Assembly: GCA_034670305.1 (NCBI GenBank)
Contig: JAXMNT010000034.1
Location: 17,439-81,438 of the forward strand
Direction of reading: 5' to 3'
Length of the DNA: 64,000 bases
DNA from: Deltaproteobacteria bacterium
GTDB taxonomy: Bacteria > Myxococcota_A > Polyangia > Polyangiales > Houyiibacteriaceae
Below, one piece after another: positions 41,700-51,453 of this stretch. Within the stretch, counting starts at the first letter, position 1; each line of letters begins with the position of its first letter. The position numbers and the translations under genes are program-made. The notes under the pieces were generated by a model. It made no database searches. It was not told where the DNA came from and saw only the letters and a program-made list of their open reading frames with translations.

Positions 41700-44600
41700 T
41701 TAGGTGAAGTCGATACCCACGACCGATATCGCTGCAACCGCTGGGTTGGTCGCTACAATCTTGGAGGCATAGTTTTGTAGGAGGATGAGGAGTCGATCGT
41801 ACTGAACCACGGAGCCCGTCGTGGGCTCCACCCACCCTTGCGAACGCCGCTCGGTCTGCGCAAGAACGAAGATGCCGTGCTTGGCCTGCCCATCTCGCAT
41901 ATAGCGACCAACGAGTTGATCTTCTATTGCGTGTTCTAAAGCAGGGATAGTGTATTGGTTCTTGGCGAGCCGCTTTAGCTCGATAGTTACGCGAGGAATC
42001 CCAGGAATATGAACGGAAATATCGGTCCTCTTGCTATCAAGAACCTCTGCTTCGCGAACCACAGAGTAGACGGTCCCCCAGCGAAAGTCGAGTTGGTCCG
42101 CCATCCACTCTGCAACTGCAGACTCCTCGGCGTGTGGGTGAACTAGACTACGATAAGAGTGATCGCCGGATTGCACCCGGTCAACTATTAGTGCGATGTG
42201 CCGCGTCAATAGGGTAAAGAGTTCGCGATCATCACTTGGTAGGCGCACATCGCAGCGTTCGATTGACAGGATATCGTCCGGGGTTAGGGTCAAAGACTCA
42301 AGGGACGCGCGCGAACGCAACTGGGCCGCTCGATAGAATGACAACTCTTCATGCCACGAAGAGAGAGAGGAAGATTGCATGAGGTGGTCGAAGAGCTGAG
42401 TTGCCGTCTCCGTACCGTTCTTGGATATGGAGTTCAAGATGTGAGTTCGATAGTACTCAGCTTCATCAGCATCTGTGGATGAGTATACAGTGTTGGCAGG
42501 ACGGTTCGGTGCTGTAATGCGAGAGAGTAGCAGTCGTACAAAGGGCAACAGTCGTGAGATATGGGAGAAGCTCCTGGCCTCCCTAGAGTCGAGAGTGCCA
42601 CGCAATAGATCGTTGGACATTCGAGCGGCGACTCCGGTGGCAAGCTCTGAGGGACAGCTACCGGGGCGCGAATCTATCCACGATGATGTGGCTTCAGGAT
42701 CCGTAATGAGACATCCCGTCAGAACAGGTATGAGTGCGCCAATATCGTCGGGGAGATCGTATCGGTCGCAGACTGTGGCCAGTGCGTCAGCGATGCATTC
42801 ATTCGAGCGCTCGGAGGCGAGTAGTATCGATGCCGCGTGGGCGCTCACCTCGGGTGAGCTTGGATTGGCGGTGCGGATCAACTCTATGATCTCGTCCGAC
42901 GCCATCTCTATGAGCCTAGGCCCAGCACCGGATAGCAGTCGTATGGACTGAGGAGTAGTGGTCCAATCGCGGCTAATCTCTCGTCTAATCCACTTGCGCG
43001 CGACCGAAGGGTGAATGGTGGCCAAGTGTGACACCCAGGACGGATAGCGATTGAGAGAGTGGGCGGCATGCCTGAACAGCAGCGCGGCTTCGCTGGGACT
43101 GACGTCCTCGGGTCGACCTCCTTCTGCGAACCACACTTGAGCGCTGAGAAGCCCTACTACGCCGAGGGGATTGACTTTTGTTGGGGTGGGTCCCAGCGGG
43201 GCGAAGGTGGACCATACATCCCGGATTCCACGGAGGAGTAGCTCGGCGACCGTGTTCCCGAGGTACGCTACAACACGCTCACGCGAATACTCAAATCGGT
43301 CTGATGAGAACCCCAGCTGGGCAAACCAAGGCTGGTTCGCCAGTTGACACAGCAGCCCGAGGTGGCCGTTCTCCAGAGCGTGGGCATTGCATGCTAGGCA
43401 GCGAATACGTCGGATCTTCGCCAACCTGTCTTTTGCAGCCTGTCGTCGGGCAGACCGGCCAGCCGAAGTCGGTGGATTCATGGTTGCTAGTGCTGCGGGA
43501 AACGATGCAAGGATGGCGGCACGGTGTGACGAATCGCTGCCCCCTTCTAGATACAGTCGACACAGCAGATGGACGGCGACGAACTCCTCCGCATTCGGAA
43601 TGTGTTTTTTGAGAAATGGGCTTAGCCACGGAGTATCCGCAGGCTTGAAGCGCCAGGATCGGCTACTTTGGACCCACGCGAAGAGGCGTTTTTTATTGCG
43701 GACTATGGCGTCCGTGAGCAGGATTTCACGCAAGTTTATGGTGGCTTGGCTCAGAGCTGTCGCGAGTGAATCTAGCGGTAGATCGTATCGGTGCTCCGCG
43801 CTCCGCTCCAGGAAACTAAGTGCATCCAGTAGGATTGGCATCAATCTCGGCGGAATTGGCTGTCGTCGGATGACCAATCTCGATACGACTTCTTCTAGGA
43901 GTCTTGCAACCCACAGATGCTTCTTGTTGCAGATTCGACCTCCACGTGATCGTGTGCGGGAGTAGAAGTGGGCAATAGTGTGGAGTCCACGCGCAAGTCT
44001 CCAAAGCGAACGCTCCGGCGCGCGGTTGCTGACGGCGCTGACTAGAGAAGCATCTGCTGCGAGGTCGGCACCAACCATCTGCGCAACTAGTGCCAGAACT
44101 TGGTTGGTAGACAGTTGGTCTGGGAACGCAACTCGGACTAGCGAAGAAATGAGTTCGGGGGGCGGAGTGGGGAGTATGCGTTCCGCAATCTTGCGCACGA
44201 TGTGCGGAGGGGCAGAGGCAGTTGCCTCGATGGCGGAGGCTCGGGTTTCTAGTGACCGCGTGGGGTCGATCGCAATGGCAACGAGCTCGCTACTTGCCTG
44301 GGTGAGCAAGCCACTCTCAGCAAGACCAAGTAGGAGCTGGAATACTAGTTCGCTTGTTCCTGGAGTAGAGCAAGCGGTGCGAAGGACAATCGCTATTTCT
44401 TGTTCGATTGGCGCATGTGCGAGACTGGCGATGGCAGTAGGTGTGAGCCAGTTGTCTGGTCGAAGCTGAGAGTCGTGCTGGTGGATCCAGTTGGTGAGGC
44501 ACTTGGAGAGGGTCGACCTGGGAAGCAGGTAGGGTGCACCGTGAAACAGCAGGGCACCTGGGTCATGCTCGGTCAGACGCTGACGAACCGCGGTATTCTC

Positions 44601-45710
44601 AATGGCAACCCAAGCCGCAATAGCCCGTCGACCAGGAGGCACCTGGACGCAATCCGGGAGGGGAACGAACAGTAGATCAGCTGGATCAAGCGAAGCACTT
44701 CGGGTTCTTCGATCGAGCCATTTTGCCGCAAGATAGTCGACGGATTCGAGTCTCTGAAAGCGAACCGCGTCTACGGAAGCCGAACCGAACAACGCAGATC
44801 CCAGGAGCCATGGGATTAGCTCCGGGCGCCACGTCGGCAATACGACGTGCGGGTCAATCATCTGCGGGTGACTAGCACTGGAGGTTGCGATGGAGGGGCT
44901 CACCCCGAAGGCGATGCAGGCAGCCAGAGTCTGTAGGGCAGAGTACGCGTCCTCGCGGCTGGGCATGGCTGGAGCGGGATGGTGGTCGCCGCATCCATCC
45001 AGGATTGATCTGTGGAGTCGCTCGTGTGGTAGCCCCAGTTTTCCTGTGTCGCGCCATTCACGGGCAGCTTGCACCGCCTGAAGTGGCCAGAGAACTACAC
45101 TTGCGCCACCGACCGACCGAAGCCGGTGGAGGAACTGGTCGACGTCGGCTATTCCATTGTCCTCCGCGATACGTCGGACATCCGAGTTGCTCAGTGGGTT
45201 GAGCCTGTAGTACAGGATCTGCTGGTTCGGTTGGAGATCCAAAGCGGCTCGAAGCCGTTCTGGATCTGTCAGGACATCCCAGTCGCGATTGCGCGATGTG
45301 ATGATATATCGTGCGGGTCCGTGCACGGACTGAAAGGCTCGAAGTCGGGCCAATGCAATCGTCAGGCCCTTCGGGTTATGGCGAACTGATTGGTCCGCAC
45401 CGTCCAGTAGGTAGAGTGGGTTGGAGTCTAGACCTATCGTAGTCTTGAGAAGTACGCCGGGGTCAAGGTGCACCATTTCCTCGATATCAAGAAAATGGTG
45501 ATTCTCAAGTTTGGAGAGCTGCTGAAGCTCCGTGGTCTTACCGCTCCCAGCTGGACCTAGGATAACCACGCAGAACGCGTTGGAGGTGAGTCTGGTCTGG
45601 ATATCAACCCAGCTAGCCCTCGCGCCGTCCACATGAGAGGTAGCACGAGGATCTTGAAGCTGATGGAAGCGTCGCTCTAGTGAGCTCAGCTTCCCTGGAG
45701 TTGGCATCAC
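41700..45710 (-). CDS. NACHT/STAND-like NTPase with C-terminal PD-(D/E)XK nuclease-like domain; putative defence protein
   Basis: GPAGSGKTTEL, YLLDGAD, YIITSR; helical middle region; REAEVLDSKRTDI...IELK...QLVGRY; atypically low GC. Confidence 0.78.
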   Translation of the reverse strand: MMPTPGKLSSLERRFHQLQDPRATSHVDGARASWVDIQTRLTSNAFCVVILGPAGSGKTTELQQLSKLENHHFLDIEEMVHLDPGVLLKTTIGLDSNPLYLLDGADQSVRHNPKGLTIALARLRAFQSVHGPARYIITSRNRDWDVLTDPERLRAALDLQPNQQILYYRLNPLSNSDVRRIAEDNGIADVDQFLHRLRSVGGASVVLWPLQAVQAAREWRDTGKLGLPHERLHRSILDGCGDHHPAPAMPSREDAYSALQTLAACIAFGVSPSIATSSASHPQMIDPHVVLPTWRPELIPWLLGSALFGSASVDAVRFQRLESVDYLAAKWLDRRTRSASLDPADLLFVPLPDCVQVPPGRRAIAAWVAIENTAVRQRLTEHDPGALLFHGAPYLLPRSTLSKCLTNWIHQHDSQLRPDNWLTPTAIASLAHAPIEQEIAIVLRTACSTPGTSELVFQLLLGLAESGLLTQASSELVAIAIDPTRSLETRASAIEATASAPPHIVRKIAERILPTPPPELISSLVRVAFPDQLSTNQVLALVAQMVGADLAADASLVSAVSNRAPERSLWRLARGLHTIAHFYSRTRSRGGRICNKKHLWVARLLEEVVSRLVIRRQPIPPRLMPILLDALSFLERSAEHRYDLPLDSLATALSQATINLREILLTDAIVRNKKRLFAWVQSSRSWRFKPADTPWLSPFLKKHIPNAEEFVAVHLLCRLYLEGGSDSSHRAAILASFPAALATMNPPTSAGRSARRQAAKDRLAKIRRIRCLACNAHALENGHLGLLCQLANQPWFAQLGFSSDRFEYSRERVVAYLGNTVAELLLRGIRDVWSTFAPLGPTPTKVNPLGVVGLLSAQVWFAEGGRPEDVSPSEAALLFRHAAHSLNRYPSWVSHLATIHPSVARKWIRREISRDWTTTPQSIRLLSGAGPRLIEMASDEIIELIRTANPSSPEVSAHAASILLASERSNECIADALATVCDRYDLPDDIGALIPVLTGCLITDPEATSSWIDSRPGSCPSELATGVAARMSNDLLRGTLDSREARSFSHISRLLPFVRLLLSRITAPNRPANTVYSSTDADEAEYYRTHILNSISKNGTETATQLFDHLMQSSSLSSWHEELSFYRAAQLRSRASLESLTLTPDDILSIERCDVRLPSDDRELFTLLTRHIALIVDRVQSGDHSYRSLVHPHAEESAVAEWMADQLDFRWGTVYSVVREAEVLDSKRTDISVHIPGIPRVTIELKRLAKNQYTIPALEHAIEDQLVGRYMRDGQAKHGIFVLAQTERRSQGWVEPTTGSVVQYDRLLILLQNYASKIVATNPAVAAISVVGIDFT

Positions 45711-45715
45711 CTACC

Positions 45716-48700
45716 TCACGAACACCCCATCGAGTTCCCGCAGTTCAGGCACTTATAACAAGCCCCATTCCGAACCGTAATGTTCCCACACTTCTCGCAC
45801 ATGGGCGCATCCCCCATCATCTCCCCAAGCTGCTGACTCAGCGCATTCTTCGGCCCACCAGCCACAGCCGGCTTCGCCCCCTCAGTCGCCGCGTCCGCCG
45901 AAGCAGAGTCATCAAACCCAAACGTCGCCTGCTCGGCCTTCTTGAACTCAGCCGGCGGAGGCGTGGAATGCCCGGCCGTCCCCTCGGCCCGCTGCGCCGC
46001 CGACACATCGGTCGCGCTCAGAAGCTCTTCCTGCTCCTCCTTCGGAGGCACCTGGGCAAAGTCGTACCGCTTCAAGTACTCGACGCCCAACACCCTAAAG
46101 ACGTAGTCGATGATGCTCGTGGAGAACTTGATGTTCGGGTGGCCTTCGACGATGCCGCCGGGCTCGAACCGCGTGAACGTGAACTGGTTGATGTAGTTCT
46201 CGAGCGGGACGCCGTGCTGCAGGCCCATGGAGATCGAGATGGCGAAGCAGTTCATCAGGCTGCGGAAGCTGGCGCCTTCTTTGTGCATGTCGATGAAGAG
46301 CTCGCCGAGGGAGCCGTCGTCGTACTCGCCGGTGCGGAGGAACACTTTGTGTCCGCCGATGCGGGCTTCTTGGGTGAAGCCGCTGCGCTTCTTCGGCAGG
46401 CGGTGCCGCACGCTGTCGGGCGGGCGCAGGCCTTCTTGGGAGGCGTTGGCGACGCGCGGGCGCGCGGGCGCGGTGATGTCTCCGTTCGAGGTGATCTTCG
46501 TGACCTTGGCGGCGAGCGTCTCGGTCTCTTCTTCGTCCTCGTTGTCCTCGTCGGACTGGGCGCTGAGCGGCTGGCTCATCTTGCAGCCGTCGCGGTAGAG
46601 GGCGATGGCCTTGAGGCCGAGCTTCCAGCCCTCCATGTAGATCTCTTCGATCTCTTCGACGGTGGCCTCGTTGGGGAGGTTGACGGTCTTGCTGATCGCG
46701 CCGGAGAGGAACGGCTGGGCGGCCGCCATCATGCGGATGTGCGACATGGCGGCGAGGAAACGTTCGCCCTTCTTGCCGCAGCGGTTGGCGCAGTCGAAGA
46801 CCGGCAGGTGCTCGGGGCGAAGGTGCGGGGCGCCTTCGATGGTCATGCGGCCGATGACGACCTCGTTGAGCTCTTCGATCTGCTTTCCGTCGAGGCCCCA
46901 GTGGCGGAGGATGGAGAAGCCGGGCGCGTTCATCTCTTCGGGCGTGATGCCGAGGCGCTCGTAGGCTTCCGGTCCGATGATCCACGGCGCGAGCGCGAAG
47001 CTCACGTCGAAGACGCCGCGCAGTTCGACTTCGGCCTTCTCGACTTCGCGTTCGGTGAGGCCCTTCTCGAGGAGCGCTTTGCGGCCGAGGTGCGGCGCGC
47101 CGGTGAAGGTGTTGGTGCCGGTGACGTAGCTGACGATCTCGGCGGCCTGGCCTTCGGTGTAGCCGAGCTTCTTGAGGGCGCCGGGCACGCTCTGGTTGAC
47201 GATCTTGAAGTACCCGCCGCCGGCGAGCTTCTTGAACTTCACGAGGGCGAAGTCCGGCTCGATGCCGGTGGTGTCGCAGTCCATGAGCAGACCGATCGTG
47301 CCGGTGGGCGCGAGCACGGTCGCCTGCGAGTTGCGGTAGCCGTAGAGCTCACCGAGGCGGACGGCGAGGTCCCAGTCCTGGCGCGCCGCGCGCACGAGGT
47401 AGTCCGGGCAACCCGCGGGTTTGTCCTCGGCGATGCCGGGGCCGCCGGGCTCGTCGATCTGGTAGGCGGCGTCGCGGTGTTTGTTCATCACGCGGAGGAA
47501 GGGCTGCCGGTTCTTGGTGTAGCCGGGGAACGGGCCCTTGCTCGAGGCGATCTCGGCGCTGGTCGCGAAGGCGTGACCGCACATGATGCTCGTGAGGGAG
47601 CTGGCGATCGAGCGGCCGAGGTCGCTGTCGTAGGGGATGCCGAGGCGCATCAGCATGGTGCCGAGGTTGGCGTAGCCGAGGCCGAGCGGGCGGTAGTCGT
47701 GGCTGTTCTTCGCGATGTCGCGGGTGGGGTAGCTCGCGAGGTCGACGAGGATCTCCATCGCGAGGATGAGGACGCGGATCGCCTGGCGGTAGCCGTCGAC
47801 GTCGAAGCGGCCCTCTTCGTCGACGAACTTCACCAGGTTGATCGACGCGAGGTTACAGGCCGAGTCGTCGAGGAACATGTACTCGGAGCACGGGTTCGAC
47901 GCGTTGATGCGGTCCGTGTTCGGGCACGTGTGCCAGTCGTTGATGGTGGTGTCGTACTGGACGCCGGGATCGGCGCACTCCCAGGCGGCTTCGGCGACCA
48001 TGCGCCACAGCTCGCGGGCCTTGTAGGTGTTCACCACGTCGCCGGTGGTGCGCATCTTCGTCTGGTGGTCGCCGTTGGTCTCGACCGCCTTCATGAACTC
48101 GTCCGTGACGCGCACGGAGTTGTTCGAGTTCTGGCCGCTGACGGTGTGGTAGGCCTCGCCGTTGAAGTCGCTGTCGTAGCCGGCGGCGATGAGGGCGCGT
48201 GCTTTGCGCTCTTCGCGGCTCTTCCACTGGATGAAGTCGCTGATCTCCGGGTGGTCCATGTCGAGGCAGACCATCTTGGCGGCGCGGCGGGTGGTGCCAC
48301 CGCTCTTGGTCGCGCCGGCCGCACGGTCGAGCACTTCGAGGAAGCTCATCAGGCCGCTCGAGGTGCCGCCGCCGGAGAGCTTCTCCTGGCGACCGCGGAT
48401 GTGGCTGAAGTTGGAGCCGGTGCCGGAGCCGAACTTGAAGAGGCGCGCTTCGTTCTGGACGAGCTGGTAGATGGCCATCAGGTCGTCGTCGACGCCCTGG
48501 ATGAAGCAGGCGGAGCACTGGGGCTGCGCGTAGGCGTTGTCGGTCTGGATGATCGCGTCCTTGCGGGGATCCCAGAACCAGTTGCCCTCGGCGCCGACGA
48601 TCTCGTACTCGTGCCAGAGGCCGCAGTTGAACCAGACCGGCGAGTTGAAGGCGGCCTTCTGGAGGAGGAGCAGGTGGACGAGCTCGTTCTCGAAGTTCTC

Positions 48701-49099
48701 GGCGGCGGCTTCGTCGGCGAAGTACCCGCCGAGCTCTTCGCCGGTGCGGCGAATGGTGTGGGCGACGCGGTGCACGAGCTGCTTGGCGCTGCGCTCGCCT
48801 TTGTTCTTGTCGCCGTGCAGGCCGGCTTTGCGGAAGTACTTGGAGACCGCGATGTCGGTGGCGAGCTGAGACCAGCCGACCGGGACTTCGACGCCCTTGA
48901 GCTCGAAGACGACCGAGCCGTCGGAACCGGTGATGATGCTGTTGCGAAGCTCGAACTCGACCGTGTCGTACGGGTTCTCGCCCGCACGGGTGAGCTTGCG
49001 ATCGATGTGCAGGCCCCCCGACTGCTGCGTCACCTCCGCGCGACGAAGCGCTCCGTCCACCATTTGCTCGCCATCCATCTTCCGGGTCTCTAGTGCCAC
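45716..49099 (-). CDS. nrdJ: Vitamin B12-dependent (class II) ribonucleotide reductase
   Basis: FNSPVWFN, QCSACFI, NPCSEY, ACNLAS, APTGTIG, GAISKTVN, YRDG; C-terminal Cys cluster; GTG start chosen from a GGAGG RBS. Confidence 0.96.
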   Translation of the reverse strand: MALETRKMDGEQMVDGALRRAEVTQQSGGLHIDRKLTRAGENPYDTVEFELRNSIITGSDGSVVFELKGVEVPVGWSQLATDIAVSKYFRKAGLHGDKNKGERSAKQLVHRVAHTIRRTGEELGGYFADEAAAENFENELVHLLLLQKAAFNSPVWFNCGLWHEYEIVGAEGNWFWDPRKDAIIQTDNAYAQPQCSACFIQGVDDDLMAIYQLVQNEARLFKFGSGTGSNFSHIRGRQEKLSGGGTSSGLMSFLEVLDRAAGATKSGGTTRRAAKMVCLDMDHPEISDFIQWKSREERKARALIAAGYDSDFNGEAYHTVSGQNSNNSVRVTDEFMKAVETNGDHQTKMRTTGDVVNTYKARELWRMVAEAAWECADPGVQYDTTINDWHTCPNTDRINASNPCSEYMFLDDSACNLASINLVKFVDEEGRFDVDGYRQAIRVLILAMEILVDLASYPTRDIAKNSHDYRPLGLGYANLGTMLMRLGIPYDSDLGRSIASSLTSIMCGHAFATSAEIASSKGPFPGYTKNRQPFLRVMNKHRDAAYQIDEPGGPGIAEDKPAGCPDYLVRAARQDWDLAVRLGELYGYRNSQATVLAPTGTIGLLMDCDTTGIEPDFALVKFKKLAGGGYFKIVNQSVPGALKKLGYTEGQAAEIVSYVTGTNTFTGAPHLGRKALLEKGLTEREVEKAEVELRGVFDVSFALAPWIIGPEAYERLGITPEEMNAPGFSILRHWGLDGKQIEELNEVVIGRMTIEGAPHLRPEHLPVFDCANRCGKKGERFLAAMSHIRMMAAAQPFLSGAISKTVNLPNEATVEEIEEIYMEGWKLGLKAIALYRDGCKMSQPLSAQSDEDNEDEEETETLAAKVTKITSNGDITAPARPRVANASQEGLRPPDSVRHRLPKKRSGFTQEARIGGHKVFLRTGEYDDGSLGELFIDMHKEGASFRSLMNCFAISISMGLQHGVPLENYINQFTFTRFEPGGIVEGHPNIKFSTSIIDYVFRVLGVEYLKRYDFAQVPPKEEQEELLSATDVSAAQRAEGTAGHSTPPPAEFKKAEQATFGFDDSASADAATEGAKPAVAGGPKNALSQQLGEMMGDAPMCEKCGNITVRNGACYKCLNCGNSMGCS

Positions 49100-49756
49100 A
49101 CTTGCCTCCAACCTGCGTCCCATCGGGACATCACTCAACGTTTCTCGCTCGCTCACAACCACTCACTCGTACTCAACAACACACGGCTTCCGACCGACGG
49201 GGACGAACTGGGTTGGATCGTTGCTGGAGCGCGTCACTCCGATCTTCTGCGTACAGTCTGGCCGATCCGGGGGATCCAGGGGATCCGGGAGCGGTTGTGC
49301 GGAGGGCCGAGCGCTGACGTCTTCTGCGTCGAGCGATGCGGATGCCTCGTTGCACTCTTCTTGCACTCTTGATGCGCGCTTCATGCGATCCGACCTCGTG
49401 CGGACCGATCTTCACTTCCTTCGTCACACAGCGGTGCCCTCGGAATGAGTCCCCAACTCATCCACTTCCAACTCACAGGCACAGCCCCGTTTTCCACCGT
49501 GTACCCACAAGGGGTTGGGCTGGTCCGTAGGCGACCTCCACAACCCCTAGGGGAAGACCCGTTGCTACGCTGTCCTGGCGAGAGGGTCAAGCGACGAATC
49601 GAACGCTCTCTGACGACTGGGTTCAAGCAGCTGAAATCATGATGATTTCCGCGTTCGCCGACATCGTCGCCGGATGTGCACCACGCGTACACATTTGGGG
49701 TGTCAAAGGAGCTACGAACATGCGGTGTGTGGCCACGTAGTGTCACGACGTGAACC

Positions 49757-49772
49757 CTACTAGATGTAGTGG
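49757..49772 (-). promoter_or_regulatory. NrdR box
   Basis: CCACTACATCTAGTAG on the minus strand fits the acaCwAtATaTwGtg consensus, upstream of nrdJ. Confidence 0.7.
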
Positions 49773-50272
49773 TGTCGCCCCAAAAAAAGCGCAAGAGGCA
49801 GGGGTGGATGCACAGGTCTCGAAGGATGTGGGGGAGGTAGCAAGCGTGGATCGCTCGGGTGACCACTGGGTGTCATCTGAGGCTCGGGGACGGATCGAAT
49901 TCGGGAGATCGTCTCGGTAAAGACGGGGTGTTCTGGGATCTCGGAGGGCGGTGGACACGGGATTCGAATTGGATCGGCCGCTCGAGGCGGGTTTGGGGGA
50001 GGCCGAATGTCTCAACTACGGTGCCATCCCGGTGTGACATGGAAAGCGGAGATCGTGTAAGTGGCTGGGATGGTTGGGTTTTTTGTGGGTTGTGGATGCG
50101 GGCGGGGTTTTGGGGTGGAGAGGTTCGAAACGGTCGTTTTTCGGGATCCGGCGTTTGGCGGAGGGGGCACAAAGTGAGGGGTCAGTGGGCCAATGTTGTC
50201 GGGGTGGGGCGGTGGGGGTGGGGAAATGGGGTGGGGGTGGAATTTGGGGGCGCGGGAGGTCGGGACGGGACC

Positions 50273-50330
50273 GAGGGCAAGGGCCCGCAGGACCGAGGGC
50301 AAGGGCACGGGCAAGGGCACGGGCAAGGGT
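50273..50330 (+). repeat. GGGCAA/GGGCAC hexamer array
   Basis: Same motif at 19481, 51523 (reverse), 52320, 58554 and 63922 (reverse). Confidence 0.8.
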
Positions 50331-50346
50331 CCTCCGCCTCTCCGCC

Positions 50347-51309
50347 CTAGCGGACGGTTTGGCGGAGGAAGCGGTGGGAGGAGGCCTCTTGGAACCTGGG
50401 GTGCCAGACCATGGTGATGGCGTGGGTGGGGAGGTCGAAGGGTTGGGGGATCTGCACGACGCCTTGGAAGGGGACCTGGGCGAGCGCGGCGGGGGCGGTG
50501 AGGACGAGGTCGGTGGCGGCGACGATGGGGAGGCAGGTGGCGAAGTTCGGGACGCGCAGCGCGATGCGGCGGGTGTGGCCGAGGGCGGCGAGGATGGGGT
50601 CGACGATGCCGTCGCCTCGGCCGGTGGGGGAGACGAGGAGGTGGTCGGCGGCGAGGTACTTCTTCTTCTTGATCCGGCCCCGTTTGCTGAGGGCGTCGAG
50701 GGCGGGGTGGCCTTCCCGTACGAAACAGGCGAACTCGTCGTCGAAGAGCACGGTGCGGCGGAGGGCGTCGGAGAGGCCAGGCACGAGCGGGCGAGGGTTC
50801 GGACCGCGGAGGACGGGGACGATGGCGAGGTCGAGGTCGCCGGACTCGAGGGCGGACGCGATCTTTGGGTGAAGCGGGGTGATCGCGAGGCGGGCGCCGG
50901 GGGCGGCGGCGGTGAGGCGCCTCGAGAGGCCAGGGAGCGCGACCATGTCGAAGAGGTCCGGGGTGGCGAGGCGGAAGGTGCGGGTGGTGGTCGCGGGGTC
51001 GAAGTCGCGGGTGCCGAGGGCTTGCCTGAGATGCTGGAGGCTGCCGGCGATGGGGGCGGCGAGCTGCTGGGCGCGGGGGGTCAGGACCCAGCCACCGGCG
51101 CCGCGGACGAGGAGGGGATCGGCGAGCAGCTCGCGCAGGCGGTTGAGCGTGTGGCTCATCGCGGGCTGGGTGACGCCGAGCGCCCGGGCGGCGGAGGTCA
51201 CGCCGCCGGTCCGGATGAGCACGTCGAAGGCGACGAGCAGGTTCAGATCGATCTGGCGGAGGTCGATGTCGCGGGGCGGCTCGGTCTCGGGCGTCTTTCT
51301 AGGGGTCAC
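50347..51309 (-). CDS. LysR-family transcriptional regulator (NodD/LeuO-like)
   Basis: IDLNLLVAF...GVTQPAMSHTLNRLRELLADPLLVR; full effector domain. Confidence 0.93.
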   Translation of the reverse strand: MTPRKTPETEPPRDIDLRQIDLNLLVAFDVLIRTGGVTSAARALGVTQPAMSHTLNRLRELLADPLLVRGAGGWVLTPRAQQLAAPIAGSLQHLRQALGTRDFDPATTTRTFRLATPDLFDMVALPGLSRRLTAAAPGARLAITPLHPKIASALESGDLDLAIVPVLRGPNPRPLVPGLSDALRRTVLFDDEFACFVREGHPALDALSKRGRIKKKKYLAADHLLVSPTGRGDGIVDPILAALGHTRRIALRVPNFATCLPIVAATDLVLTAPAALAQVPFQGVVQIPQPFDLPTHAITMVWHPRFQEASSHRFLRQTVR

Positions 51310-51453
51310 AAGCGGACATTAGCTGTGTTGATGGTGGGATGAATAGCATCGATTGGGGGAATGTGTTCGCTGGAGGCAGATTGATTCTCGTCGGAGGGCG
51401 AGGCGGAATCGGCCGCAGCGGACTCCACGAAGCACGAGACCAAGGACCCCACG

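Noticed and set aside
45680-49093. 1137-aa plus-strand ORF and similar long antisense ORFs (29928-33353, 3525-6338, 53826-55988)
   Set aside because: Shadow ORFs typical of high-GC genes; no motifs
45716-49099. Intein or intron in nrdJ
   Set aside because: Catalytic motifs are contiguous; no splice-junction or LAGLIDADG signature seen
49100-49780. Cobalamin riboswitch or additional NrdR boxes at 49505 and 49538
   Set aside because: No B12-box recognised; the two candidate boxes lack the central ATAT-like core
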